Shown: piece after piece, positions 9,452 to 19,900 of the stretch
Layout of the letters: each line of letters opens with the position of its first letter
How positions within the stretch are numbered: the first letter of the stretch is position 1
Assembly: GCF_004010195.1 (NCBI RefSeq)
Contig: NC_057728.1
Location: 51,570,200 to 51,590,199 of the forward strand
Source of the DNA: Chiloscyllium plagiosum
Taxonomy: Eukaryota
Direction: 5' to 3'
Length of the DNA: 20,000 bases
Notes under the pieces: model-generated
Seen by the model: only the letters and a program-made list of their open reading frames with translations
Database searches by the model: none
Told to the model about the DNA's origin: nothing
Translations under genes and position numbers: made by a program

Positions 9452-9679
9452 CATGTACAGAATGTTACCATGTGACTGCCTTGCTGCTTTGCCTTTGTCA
9501 ATCCCTGGGTCCAGGTTAATTTTCAAATGTTAAATTGAATGTTACATTGACAAACAGCTTGGGAGGCATTGAATGATGAATTGGTTAAAACAGCATCTCT
9601 TTTCACAAGTGGAAAGGATAACATAAGAGTTCAGTGTAGCATGTGGCTTCCACAATTTCACTTTGCTGATACAGGACCT

Positions 9680-9775
9680 TTGGGAATTGAATAGTTAGGT
9701 GTGTGATTTTGACCAGAGCAGACTCAATGCAACAGAGGGCCTTTTACTGTGCTGTAGACCTTTATGACTCTATGA
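9680..9775 (+). mobile_element. CR1 3' tail relic
   Basis: agagggccttttactgtgctgtagacctttatgactctatgac. Confidence 0.55.
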
Positions 9776-11664
9776 CCATTCGTGAAACAGGCACTACTTT
9801 GTAAATGTGAGTGATGAATCTTCCACAGCAAATATTCAGGAGAAAACCTGAGAAATTTGATCTTTGTGCTTATAAATGTTGAAAAACAATTCATTCAGGC
9901 TCCATTTATGTGACTCTTCTGACGTCACATGTTCAGTAGCTCGACTTAGACTTTGACCATACTAAGATATAATTAACACTTTACTTTTACAACAATGAAG
10001 TAACATTTGCATTATGTGCTGAATCAGCTCTCTCCTGTTTTCAATCTCCTCGATTGGCTGCGATAACAATGTAATAGTCCTTTTAGCACGAGGCTATATC
10101 TCACTGCAATAAAAATAGTCAACAAGATTTCCCTGTAGCAGTAAGGATCCAATTGCAAGGTTTTCTTGAGTGAAAGGAAGAGCAACTTTATTACTTTCAA
10201 ACCCTGAGAAAAATAATAAAGAGACAACATCGAACACAACCATACACCTACATACAAGCATTGGTACAAAGTTACAAAGGAGATAGTGTCCAGCACAAAA
10301 TGGAATATAAAAGAATCTGCAGTTCAAAACCTTGAGGTGCTAGACTTTAACCTGAGACCATGGTTGGTTAGGGACATCCTTGATCAATGGTCACAATTAA
10401 CTTCTCAGATATGTTAGAGTTGTCAGTGATTGGATGCTAATCTCCAGTTTGTGTCATCATTAGGTGAATTGTCCTTTGAAAGCAGCGAGAAAAGGAAAGA
10501 CTTCTCCACTTCTAGGTACAAATTCATCTCACTGCTCTGTCAAAAGCAATTATCTGAAATACAGTTCATTTGTTTATTCCCATGTCTGGGTTTATTGCCT
10601 CCAAGCAGGACAGTTTAGATTTTTTCAAAGAAACCTCCAACATATGAACATTGCATAAAGCTGACCCTACGGCTGGAATGAGCGGACTAGTCAGGTGACA
10701 AAATCTTCATTTAGTCACAGTCTGGTTTTAACAAGTGATCTTCACAGTGTCCTGTACTCTCTTGTACAATGATGGCACCAACACTGTTAACAACCAACAA
10801 CTCAAGATATGACCAACACACAAGAAGGAGATCTACTTTCTGAGCAACTGATCATCACTGCAGAGAGCTCATAACCTTTTATCCCAGACCTGAATTACAG
10901 ACAGCTCTGAATGAAGAGCAGCAGTGCATGCCAAATACTGGTCTTTCAAGGAATCTTTGATTTCCTGAACTATTCAACTCTTGTCCCTGGGCCCCTCGAA
11001 TCCCGATTAAACCCTGTACTGTTTGCAATTTTTAATTCTCCATGCACAGTGCCATTCTGCTGATTGTTTTCTGGGATGTCAGCAGGGTTCTGCTGGGCTT
11101 GTTTTCTTGCTCCTGTGGCTATGGGAAGGCAGTGAATGATTTCCTTGTTTGCAACAAGAACATCCTGCTCATTAAAGGTGATGAAAAATCAGTTTCTAGC
11201 ATCCCAGAGGGGCCCTGAGAAATATCTGCCTGTTCTCTGTGTGCTATCTTAGCAACAGGCACATTTACTGAGCAGACAGCATCTCTAAATCAATGGACAG
11301 TGCAGTCAAATTGAAATCTAAATGTTCATTAAATTGTTACGTAATCTGCACCTTTGCCAGTACAAAGAGCTCTCAGCCATCACTGATTCAGTTCTGTTAT
11401 TTCTCATATCTTGCAGTTTAAGCTTAAGTGGGTAACATTCAATTGATCTTGAAGACGTTTCTTTGGGTCAGCTGAGGCTTTTTTTTATTACCTCCTTTGC
11501 TCTCCCTGTCAGAGCTGATAAACATTACACCTCAAGCAACGAACTTGTTGTTTTGGGGATTAACTCTATCTGTTTCTCACCATAAGGCAGCACGGTGATG
11601 AAGTTATTAACAGACGGAGACAATCAGAGAACAAAAGTAATCATTTCAGGTGAGCAGCAGTCAC

Positions 11665-12020
11665 GTCCTCTGAGGGGATCTGATTGAAACGTACAAAACC
11701 CCAAATGGACTAGATACAGGGAGGATGGTTCTCCTACTTGGGGAATCCAAAACTAGCAAACGCTGTCTCAGAATAAACAGTAGGCCATTTAGAATTGAGG
11801 CAGCAAAACATTTTCTTTACTCAGAGGGTGATCAATCTTTGTTGTTGCAGGTCAATGAGTACATTCAAGAGAGTGAGTTTGAATAGTAAAGACATCAAGT
11901 AGTATGTGGAGAAAACATGAATATGACATTGAGATAGAGGATCAGCCATGATCAAATTGAACAGTGGAGCAGGTTCGAAGGGCCAAATGGCCTACTTCTT
12001 CTCTGAATTTCTATGTTTCA
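11665..12020 (+). mobile_element. CR1 LINE 3' fragment
   Basis: ctgaggggatctgattgaaacgtacaaa (RG.LIETYK) ... gatcagccatgatc..ggagcaggttcgaagggccaaatggcctacttct. Confidence 0.8.
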
Positions 12021-12294
12021 TGGGCTAGTCAGCAATGCCCTACATGGTTGGATGTGCACATAACATTGCTACTGTCCAGCCCCACACATTCCCACATCTC
12101 CAACAGGGAGACACCCCCAACGTTTACTTCACATGTGAACGTCTTTCAGGGAATACAATCTCTTTATTTATAACCTCCAGTCCTTGCAGGGCAAAGTCTC
12201 CCACACTGGTGTCTTCCAGTACCTAAGCCCCTATAGTCTGGCTGTTTTTACCATTTACAGTCTATACCTGACAGTGTCTAGTCACCTCATGAAA

Positions 12295-12515
12295 GATCAA
12301 GTGCCATCCAGTGTCAGTATTACATATCTTTGAAACAGAAATCTGTCTAATCTCAGTTGCTTCGTGCCAATACAAAACTGACCATTAGAGATGTGCATGA
12401 CATACAGTTGCTAGATGACATAAGAGGCCTTGTCCACTCTGAACCAGATTTTCAAATCTCTCTGGATCTCTTCAACTCTGTGTGTAAGAGACTTGTCCTG
12501 TCATTGAATCTGTAC
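12295..12515 (+). mobile_element. Decayed RTE-clade LINE RT fragment
   Basis: LRANTKLTIRDVHDIQLLDDIRGLVHSEPDFQISLDLFNSVCKRLVLSLNL resembles RTE LRAKTK...LQFADDCALVAHSE.DLQ..LD.FS.AC..FGL.IN. The catalytic FADD has decayed to LLDD. Confidence 0.7.
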
Positions 12516-12619
12516 TGTCACTGTTGTTATCAGCTATTAAACTTGGAGCGATGTCAGAGATCAAATAGAAATAGGGAACATGTGTTCTAAGTTAATAAAG
12601 GGTAATTGGGAGCAAGCAC

Positions 12620-12976
12620 TAGGGAAGCAATGGCCTTGTGGTATTATCACTAGACTATTAATCCAGAAACTCAGCTACAGTTCTGGGGACTAGAGTTCCA
12701 ATCCGACCATGGTAGATGGTAAAGTTTGATTTTATAAAGGGATTCGGAATTAAGGCTCCAATAATGACTATGAAATCATTTTATTGAATGTCAGGAGAAA
12801 AACCATCTTGTTCACTAATGTCCTTTATTGAAGAAAATCTATCATCCTTACCTGATCTGGTCCACATGTGACTCCATACTCACAGAAATGTGCTTAGTTC
12901 TTAACTGCCCTCTGGGCAATTAAGAATGGGCAATAAGTGCTGTCCCAGCCAGAGACACCCACGTTCCATGAGTGAA
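12620..12976 (+). mobile_element. Near full-length shark tRNA-derived SINE
   Basis: A-box-like tggccttgtgg, B-box-like agagttccaatcc. Body and tail match 1885-2180. Confidence 0.8.
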
Positions 12977-13060
12977 AGAGCATTGACAATGCGTATCTAT
13001 ATGGGAAACAAGTAATCAGTGTGTTGAAGTTACACATTCTGTAACGCACAAATTGGAATA

Positions 13061-13276
13061 AATTAAACATCGCACAACACCAGGTTATAGTCCAACAGGT
13101 TTATTTGGAAGTACTAGCTTTCGGAGCACTGCTCCTTCATGATCTAGCTAGCTACCTGATGAAGGAGCAGCGGTCCAAAAGCTAGTGCTTCCAAATAAAC
13201 CTGTTGGACTATAGCCTGGTATTGTGTGATTTTTAACTTTGTCCACCCCAGTCCAACACTGGCTCCTCCAAACCAT
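13061..13276. mobile_element. PLE fold-back insertion with two damaged hammerheads
   Basis: Palindrome 13063-13236 centred at 13149/13150. TSD aaattggaata (13050-13060) / aaattggagta (13277-13287). The + core has AAAA instead of GAAA and the - core has lost CUG. Confidence 0.85.
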
Positions 13277-13592
13277 AAATTGGAGTAGGCACAAAAGTAT
13301 CGCCTGGACTCTGTCTAACCAAAGTTAAAACTCCAATATCTTTCACCTTGTGCGTTGCAATAAGGTGACACACCATTGAGGTTCAGTAAAATACTTTGCA
13401 TACCCAATGATCTTCCCCTGAGGCCTCTCTGTAAAGGCTAACCCCCACCGGAGGGATAAGATAGGCTAGAGTTCTTTTCCTGAGAGGAGACATGGCTGAC
13501 GGGTGACCTGGTTGCGATGTACAAAGTTCTTGGGGGGGTGGGGTGCATAGAAGAGGAGAAAATTTTCCCTTTAGTAGAGGATCAACAAACAA

Positions 13593-13767
13593 TCAAGGTA
13601 TTTTTCAATGTATAATTTGAGTTACATCACACTGTAAACTTTTGCTATAAATTCTGTGTCTTACAATTGTATCCTCCACAACCACCTGATGAAGGATCGG
13701 TGTTCCGAAAGCTAATGTTTCCAATTAAACCTGTTGGACTATAACCTGGTGTTGTGCGATTTTTAAT
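13593..13767 (+). mobile_element. PLE terminal fragment
   Basis: Aligns to the reverse complement of about 15190-15357 and to the arms of 13063-13236. Confidence 0.85.
13683..13717 (+). ncRNA. Minimal hammerhead motif, core intact, stems I and II damaged
   Basis: CAC CUGAUGA A GGAUC ggu GUUCC GAAA GCUA AUG. Confidence 0.6.
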
Positions 13768-14069
13768 AACAAGGGGGCACAGCTTTGAGAAAAGGAGAAG
13801 GAGGTACTGAGGGAATTTGAGGAACAAAGTTTTCATGCAGAGAGTGGTGGGTATCTGGTACTCAATGCCTAAAAAGATTGCAAAAGGTGGGCTCCTTCAA
13901 GACGTTTAGGGAGTATTTAGATGAGCACTTGAAATACTGTAGCATACAATGCTACAGGCCAAGTGTTGGAAAATTGGATTTGAATCAGTGAATACTTGAT
14001 GGCTGGCAGGAACTTGATGGGCTGAAGGGCCGCTTTCCATGCTGTAAAATACTATGACTCCGAATTAAA

Positions 14070-14310
14070 GGAACTAACTTCGTCACTCAGAGAGTTGTTA
14101 AGGTCTGGGGCATGATGTCCTACCTCGCAGAAGGGAGTGGAATCAGATTCTGCATGAACTTTTAAAAAGACGTGGATATGAAGAGGATAAACTTGGCAGG
14201 CTATTGGGGAATAAACAGGACAAAATCGTCCAATTCTATCAGGGATCTAGCCTCAAAATGTAGGGCTGAATGGCCCCCTTCTGAGCTGTAAGAGTCCATG
14301 ATTCTGTGAA
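14070..14310 (+). mobile_element. CR1 LINE 3' fragment
   Basis: cttcgtcactcagagagttgttaaggtctgg..gggctgaatggcccccttctgagctgta..atgattctgtga. Confidence 0.65.
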
Positions 14311-14324
14311 TGGAGATTGTTTAG

Positions 14325-14461
14325 AATTCCAATAAAAGGTCACTGGACCCGAAATGTGAACCCTGCTTTCACTCCGCAGATACTGCCAGACCTGCTGAGT
14401 TTCTCCAGCTATTTGCGTTTTGTTTCTGAATTCTACCATCTGCAGTTCTTTGGGTTTTTTT
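14325..14461 (+). mobile_element. PLE terminal fragment beginning at a decayed hammerhead
   Basis: ccaataaaa GGTC actg GACC c GAAA tgtg, then cagatactgccagacctgctgagtttctccagc, matching 1035-1148. Confidence 0.75.
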
Positions 14462-15185
14462 AGGAATCTGGTTCTTGTAGTTATACTTTCCAAAGGAAAG
14501 GCATCGAAACAGGAAATTCTTGAAACACGGTACAGGCCTGGCAAAAATCGTCCTAGATCCCATGGACCATTCGATGCAAGATTTTATTAAAATTCTTTGT
14601 GAAGTCCATGTAAACTACATCAACTTCACTACCCTTATCTACCCACCTATTCAACTCCTTATAAAATTCAACTAAATTTAAGATCTCACCATTTCCCTTT
14701 CAAACGACAGCCACTGCCCTGATTTGAATCGTCCAAGTAGCTGCTCCCAATCCACTTTGACCAGACCCTGTTTTATCATATTAATATTAGCCTTTCCCAT
14801 TTCAGAACCATTATTTCCGGTCCATCTTTATCCTTAACGACAATTACCTTAAACTTGCTATATGATAGTCATTATTATCAGAATGCTCCTCCAGCTTCAT
14901 TCCTGAAAACTAGGGATTGATGGTTTAGAGAGCTTTCCTAGATACATTTTAAGATTTCCAGCCCTCTCGTCCTTTTTGTCTATCCCAGTTAATATTAGGG
15001 ATATTGAAATCTCACATTGTTATTACCTAATTATTTTGACACTTTTACCAACATATCTGTACTTCCACCTCTCCTTGACTGTTTAGAGTCTACGGTACAC
15101 CTCCAGGAAAGAGATTGACCCCTTTTTGTGTCTGGTTCTACCCACAAGGCCCCGTATGAGAAACCTAACATCCCTCCTTATTGCA

Positions 15186-15668
15186 AAGTTAAAAATCACA
15201 CAACACCAGGTTATAGTCCAACAGGTTTAATTGGAAGCACACTAGCTTTCGGAGCGACGCTCCTTCATCAGGTGGTAGTGGAGGGCTCAATCCTAACGCA
15301 CAGAATTTATAGCAAAAATTTACAGTGTGATGTAACTGAAATTATACATTGAAAAATTAATTGTCTGTTAAGCCTTTCATCTGTTAGAATACAGTGATAG
15401 TTTCACTTCTTTCACGTGCAAATCACAAACTTTTTTCTAAAAAAGTTGCATTCTCATGTTAGCTGTTAACAATGGTGATAGCTAGACAATATGTTGAAGG
15501 TGTTGGTCCCCTGTGTTCTCTGTCTATGCCATGACGATTCTAATCTAAAAAGTGAGATAACAGAGTTTTACATGAATGCATGCAGTTTTTGAGCAAAGTA
15601 CAATGTAACCCTGCAAGTACAAATTCACCCCACAAAATAAATGTATGCATGTGGGTCCAAATCAAGAT
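15186..15668 (-). mobile_element. PLE 3' fragment inserted in the CR1
   Basis: 11-bp TSD tccttattgca (15175-15185, 15669-15679). Terminal repeat shared with 13063-13236 and 13593-13767. Confidence 0.85.
15240..15274 (-). ncRNA. Minimal type I hammerhead ribozyme motif, fully intact
   Basis: CAC CUGAUGA A GGAGC guc GCUCC GAAA GCUA GUG. Stem I CAC/GUG, perfect 5-bp stem II, palindromic AGCU. Predicted cut 3' of the A at 15243. Confidence 0.85.
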
Positions 15669-16111
15669 TCCTTATTGCAGTACTCGATTCCTTGTTCAAT
15701 ATTGTGACACCTCATCCCTCTTTGTACCTATGTTATTGGTCCCAATGTGAACTGTGATTGCTGACCGTTCACTCTCCTCCTTAGAATGTGCTGTAGCTGT
15801 ATAGTGCCATTCTTGACCCTGACCCCATAAATGCTACACTCCGTCTTGGAGTCACATCTGTAGCTGCAGAAATGCCTATCCGCGCATCTCTCTATTGAGT
15901 CTATTACTGCTGGTCGGCTATTTACCCTTCCCGCTTGTGCAGCTGGGTTCTGGCTGCATTCTCCAGAGAAACTGTTACTCTCACTGTTTTTGTGCACAGA
16001 ATAACTGCTCATGAGTGAGCTGCACTCTTAGGGTTTTCCTGACCACCTGTTCTCTTCTGAGGGATGGTCACCTATTCTCCTGTCTGTCTGCACTCCTTAA
16101 GCTATGAGTAA

Positions 16112-16337
16112 TGAAATAACTCCACAGAGGCCAGTATCCCCTCATCAAGTCACCCTTTATTTACACGTGCATACTACTTGACACTGGTCTGGCTCCCTCA
16201 GAGCCAGCTCTCAGAGTGAACAGAAACTCTGAACTCCTCTTTATATCTGTCAGCCAGGGCTCCCTGATCATTCCAGGTTAACAACCCTAGTCAGAGAACT
16301 CATATTCTACGTGGTCCACCTGGTAACCATAACTAAA
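16112..16337 (-). mobile_element. Solo LTR, probably Gypsy-type
   Basis: Minus strand has TATA-like gatataaag, AATAAA and a terminal ..ttatttCA. The start tttagt could be a mutated TGtagt. Flanks gtaa/gtga fit a 4-bp TSD with one mismatch. Confidence 0.65.
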
Positions 16338-16399
16338 GTGAGCTGTCCACAGCCTCTAGCCAGAATTCAATCTCCAAAATTGAAGGAACTATTAGGGGA

Positions 16400-16570
16400 G
16401 ATGACCAGAAGCTTGGCCTAAATGTTGGAGCTTAAGGGACATCTTTAAGGTGGCTAGAGGTGCAGAATTCATGAGCTAAGGATCCATGCAGCTGAAGCCC
16501 TCAATAGCAGAATGCTTCAAATCAGGGGATGTTTGAGAGGCAAAAATTGGAGACGCACAAATACCTCAGA
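16400..16570 (-). mobile_element. Probable L2 LINE relic
   Basis: gaattcatgagctaaggatccatgcagctgaag resembles the antisense L2 AFSC.GP.LWNSL motif. Confidence 0.45.
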
Positions 16571-16574
16571 GAAT

Positions 16575-16968
16575 TATTTTATTTTCTTTATTGTCACAGG
16601 TGATGAGAGCATTGCAGACCAACCCAATATTTGTTGTCCATACCTATTTGTCCTCCAACTGGCTGGTTAGTCGACCGTTTAAGAGTGAACCACTTAATGT
16701 GGGTCTGGAGTCACACATAGAGCAAACCAGGTAAGGATAGCAGATTTCCTTCCCTGAAGGAGAAGAATGAACTGGATGGGTTTTTAAAGGTAATTGCGGA
16801 TAACCATCATGGTTGCCACCACAAAGACGAACTTCAAAATCCCATGTTTTATTAATTGAGTTTAAACTTTGCCAGCTACTGTGGTGTGATTTGAACACAC
16901 TTGCACAAAACATTAGCCTATGTTGCTGGAGTGCTAATCTACTGACATTACCACTGTACTACCATCTC
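16575..16968 (-). mobile_element. Shark tRNA-derived SINE, related to 12620-12976
   Basis: Reverse complement of the shared body (gtgggtctggagtcacac..accaggtaagga..cagatttccttccctgaagg), with the head ending at ccactgtactaccatctc. Confidence 0.75.
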
Positions 16969-19900
16969 AGCTTGGACTCAGACTCCCGGCCTCAGTGTGG
17001 ACTGGAATCCTAGCCTCAGAGTGGTAACTGGACTCCCGGCCTCTGTGTGGGACTGGGATCCCAGCCTCAGTGTGGGACTGGAATCCCGGCCTCAGTGTGG
17101 ACTGGAATCCCGGCCTCAGTGTGGACTCAGACTCCCAGCCTCAGCATGGACTGGACTCCCGGCCTCAGTGTGCACTGGAATCTCGGCCTCAGTGTGGACT
17201 CAGGCTCCCAGCCCCAGCATGGGCTGGGCTCCCGGCCTCAGTGTGGGACTGGAATCCCGGCCTCAGTGTGGGACTGGAATCCCAGCCTCAGTGTGCACTG
17301 GAATCCCGGCCTCAGTGTGGGACTGGAATCCCGGCCTCAGTGTGGACTGGAATCTCGGCCTCAGTGTGGACTCAGACTCCCAGCCTCAGCATGGACTGGA
17401 CTCCCAGCCTCAGCATGGACTGGAATCCCAGCCTCAGTGTGGGACTGGAATCCCGGCCTCAGTGTGGACTGGAATCTCGGCCTCAGTGTGGACTCAGACT
17501 CCCAGCCTCAGCATGGACTGGACTCCCGGCCTCAACATGGACTGGAATCCCAGCCTCAGTGTGGACTGGGATCCAGGCCTCAGTGTGGACTTAGGCTCCC
17601 AGCCTCAGCATGGACTGGACTCCCAGCCTCAGTGTGGACTGAAATCCCGGCCTCAGTGTGGACTCGCACTCCCAGCCTCAGTGTGGGACTGGAATCCCGG
17701 CCTCAGTGTGGACTGGAATCCCGGCCTCAGTGTGGACTGGAATCCCAGCCTCAGTGTGGACTGGAATCCCGGCCTCAGTGTGGACTGGAATCCCGGCCTC
17801 AGTGTGGGACTGGAATCCCGGCCTCAGTGTGGACTCAGGCTCCCAGCCTCAGCATGGACTGGAATCCCAGCATCAGTGTGGGACTGGAATCCCGGCCTCA
17901 GTGTGGACTGGAATCCCAGCCTCAGCGTGGATGCGACTTCCGGCCTCAGTGTAGACTCAGACTCTAGGCCTCAGAGTGGACTTGCACTCCCGGCCTGAGT
18001 GTGGACTCGCACACCCGGTCTCAGTGTGGACTGGAATCCCAGCCTCAATGTGGACTGGAATCCCAGCCTCAGTGTGGACTCAGGCTCTCAGCCTCAGCGT
18101 GGACTGGACTCCCAGCCTCAGTGTGGACTGAAATCCCGGCCTCAGTGTGGACTCGCACTCCCGGCCTCAGTGTGGGACTGGAATCCCGGCCTCAGTGTGG
18201 ACTCGCACTCCCGGCCTCAGTGTGGGACTGGAATCCTGGCCTCAGTGTGGGACTGGAAACCCGGCCTCAGTGTGGACTCAGGCTCCCGGCCTCAGTGTGG
18301 ACTCAGGGTCCCAGCCTCAGCATGGACTGGAATCCCAGCCTCAGTGTGAATGGGAATCCCGGCCTCAGTGTGGACTCAGACTCCCAGCCTCAGCGTGGAC
18401 TCGCACTCCTGGCCTCAGTGTGGACTGGAATCCCGGCCTCAGCATGGACTCAGACTACCAGCCTCAGCGTGGACTCGCACTCCCGGCCTCAGCGTGGACT
18501 CAGACTCCCAGCCTAAGCATGGATTCAGACTCCCAGCCTCAGCATGGACTCGAACTCCCGGCCTCAGCATGGACTCAGACTCCCAGCCTCAGCGTGGACT
18601 CAGACTCCCAGCCTCAGTGTGGACCCAGACTCCTGGCCTCACCGTGGATTCAGACTCCCAGCCTCAGTGTGGACCCAGACTCCCAGCCTCAGCGTGGACC
18701 CAGACTCCCAGCCTCAGCATGGACTCAGACTCCCAGCCTCAGCGTGGACCCAGACTCCTGGCCTCAGCGTGGACCCAGACTCCTGGCCTCAGCATGGACT
18801 TAGACTTGCAGCCTCAGCGTGGACCCAGACTCCCAGCCTCAGCGTGGACTCAGACTCCCAGCCTCAGCGTGGACCCAGACTCCCAGCCTCAGCGTGGACC
18901 CAGACTCCCAGCCTCAGCGTGGACCCAGACTCCCAGCCTCAGCGTGGACCCAGACTCCCAGCCTCAGCGTGGACCCAGACTCCCAGCCTCAGCGTGGACC
19001 CAGACTCCCAGCCTCAGCGTGGACCCAGACTCCCAGCCTCAGCGTGGACCCAGACTCCCAGCCTCAGCGTGGACCCAGACTCCCAGCCTCAGCGTGGACC
19101 CAGACTCCCAGCCTCAGCGTGGACCCAGACTCCCAGCCTCAGCGTGGACCCAGACTCCCAGCCTCAGCGTGGACCCAGACTCCCAGCCTCAGCGTGGACC
19201 CAGACTCCCAGCCTCAGCGTGGACCCAGACTCCCAGCCTCAGCGTGGACTCAGACTCCCAGCCTCAGTGTGGACCCAGACTCCCAGCCTCAGCGTGGACC
19301 CAGACTCCCAGCCTCAGCGTGGACCCAGACTCCCAGCCTCAGCGTGGACCCAGACTCCCAGCCTCAGCGTGGACCCAGACTCCCAGCCTCAGCGTGGACC
19401 CAGACTCCTGGCCTCAGCGTGGACCCAGACTCCTGGCCTCAGCGTGGACCCAGACTCCTGGCCTCAGCGTGGACCCAGACTCCTGGCCTCAGCGTGGACC
19501 CAGACTCCTGGCCTCAGCGTGGACCCAGACTCCTGGCCTCAGCGTGGACCCAGACTCCTGGCCTCAGCGTGGACCCAGACTCCTGGCCTCAGCGTGGACC
19601 CAGACTCCTGGCCTCAGCGTGGACCCAGACTCCTGGCCTCAGCGTGGACCCAGACTCCTGGCCTCAGCGTGGACCCAGACTCCTGGCCTCAGCGTGGACC
19701 CAGACTCCTGGCCTCAGCGTGGACCCAGACTCCTGGCCTCAGCGTGGACCCAGACTCCTGGCCTCAGCGTGGACCCAGACTCCTGGCCTCAGCGTGGACC
19801 CAGACTCCTGGCCTCAGCGTGGACCCAGACTCCTGGCCTCAGCGTGGACCCAGACTCCTGGCCTCAGCGTGGACCCAGACTCCTGGCCTCAGCGTGGACC

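Larger units (their letters stand above)
13455..14062 (+). mobile_element. CR1 LINE 3' fragment interrupted by a PLE (13593-13767)
   Basis: ggataagataggctag..ggctgacgggtgacctg..ggatcaa resumes as taacaagggggcacagcttt..gatgggctgaagggccgctttccatgctgta. Confidence 0.8.
14465..16110 (-). mobile_element. Long decayed, internally deleted CR1 LINE (ORF1 esterase, EN and RT remnants)
   Basis: 15728-16012 gives AVIDSIERCADRHFCSYRCDSKTECSIYGVRVKN..LQHIL, like CR1 ORF1 SGNH esterase (VIGDSIVRGTDRRFC..RDSRMVCCLPGARVKDV). Near 15000 DFNIPNINWD (EN). Near 14600 VDVVYMDFTKNFNKILH (RT). Confidence 0.8.

Noticed and set aside
16997..18803. Long ORFs up to 333 aa (DWNPGLSV / GLESRPQC / TGIPASVW repeats)
   Set aside because: All three frames are open because the unit lacks stop codons, and mixed 24/25-bp units shift frame freely. 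These are artefacts of the repeat.
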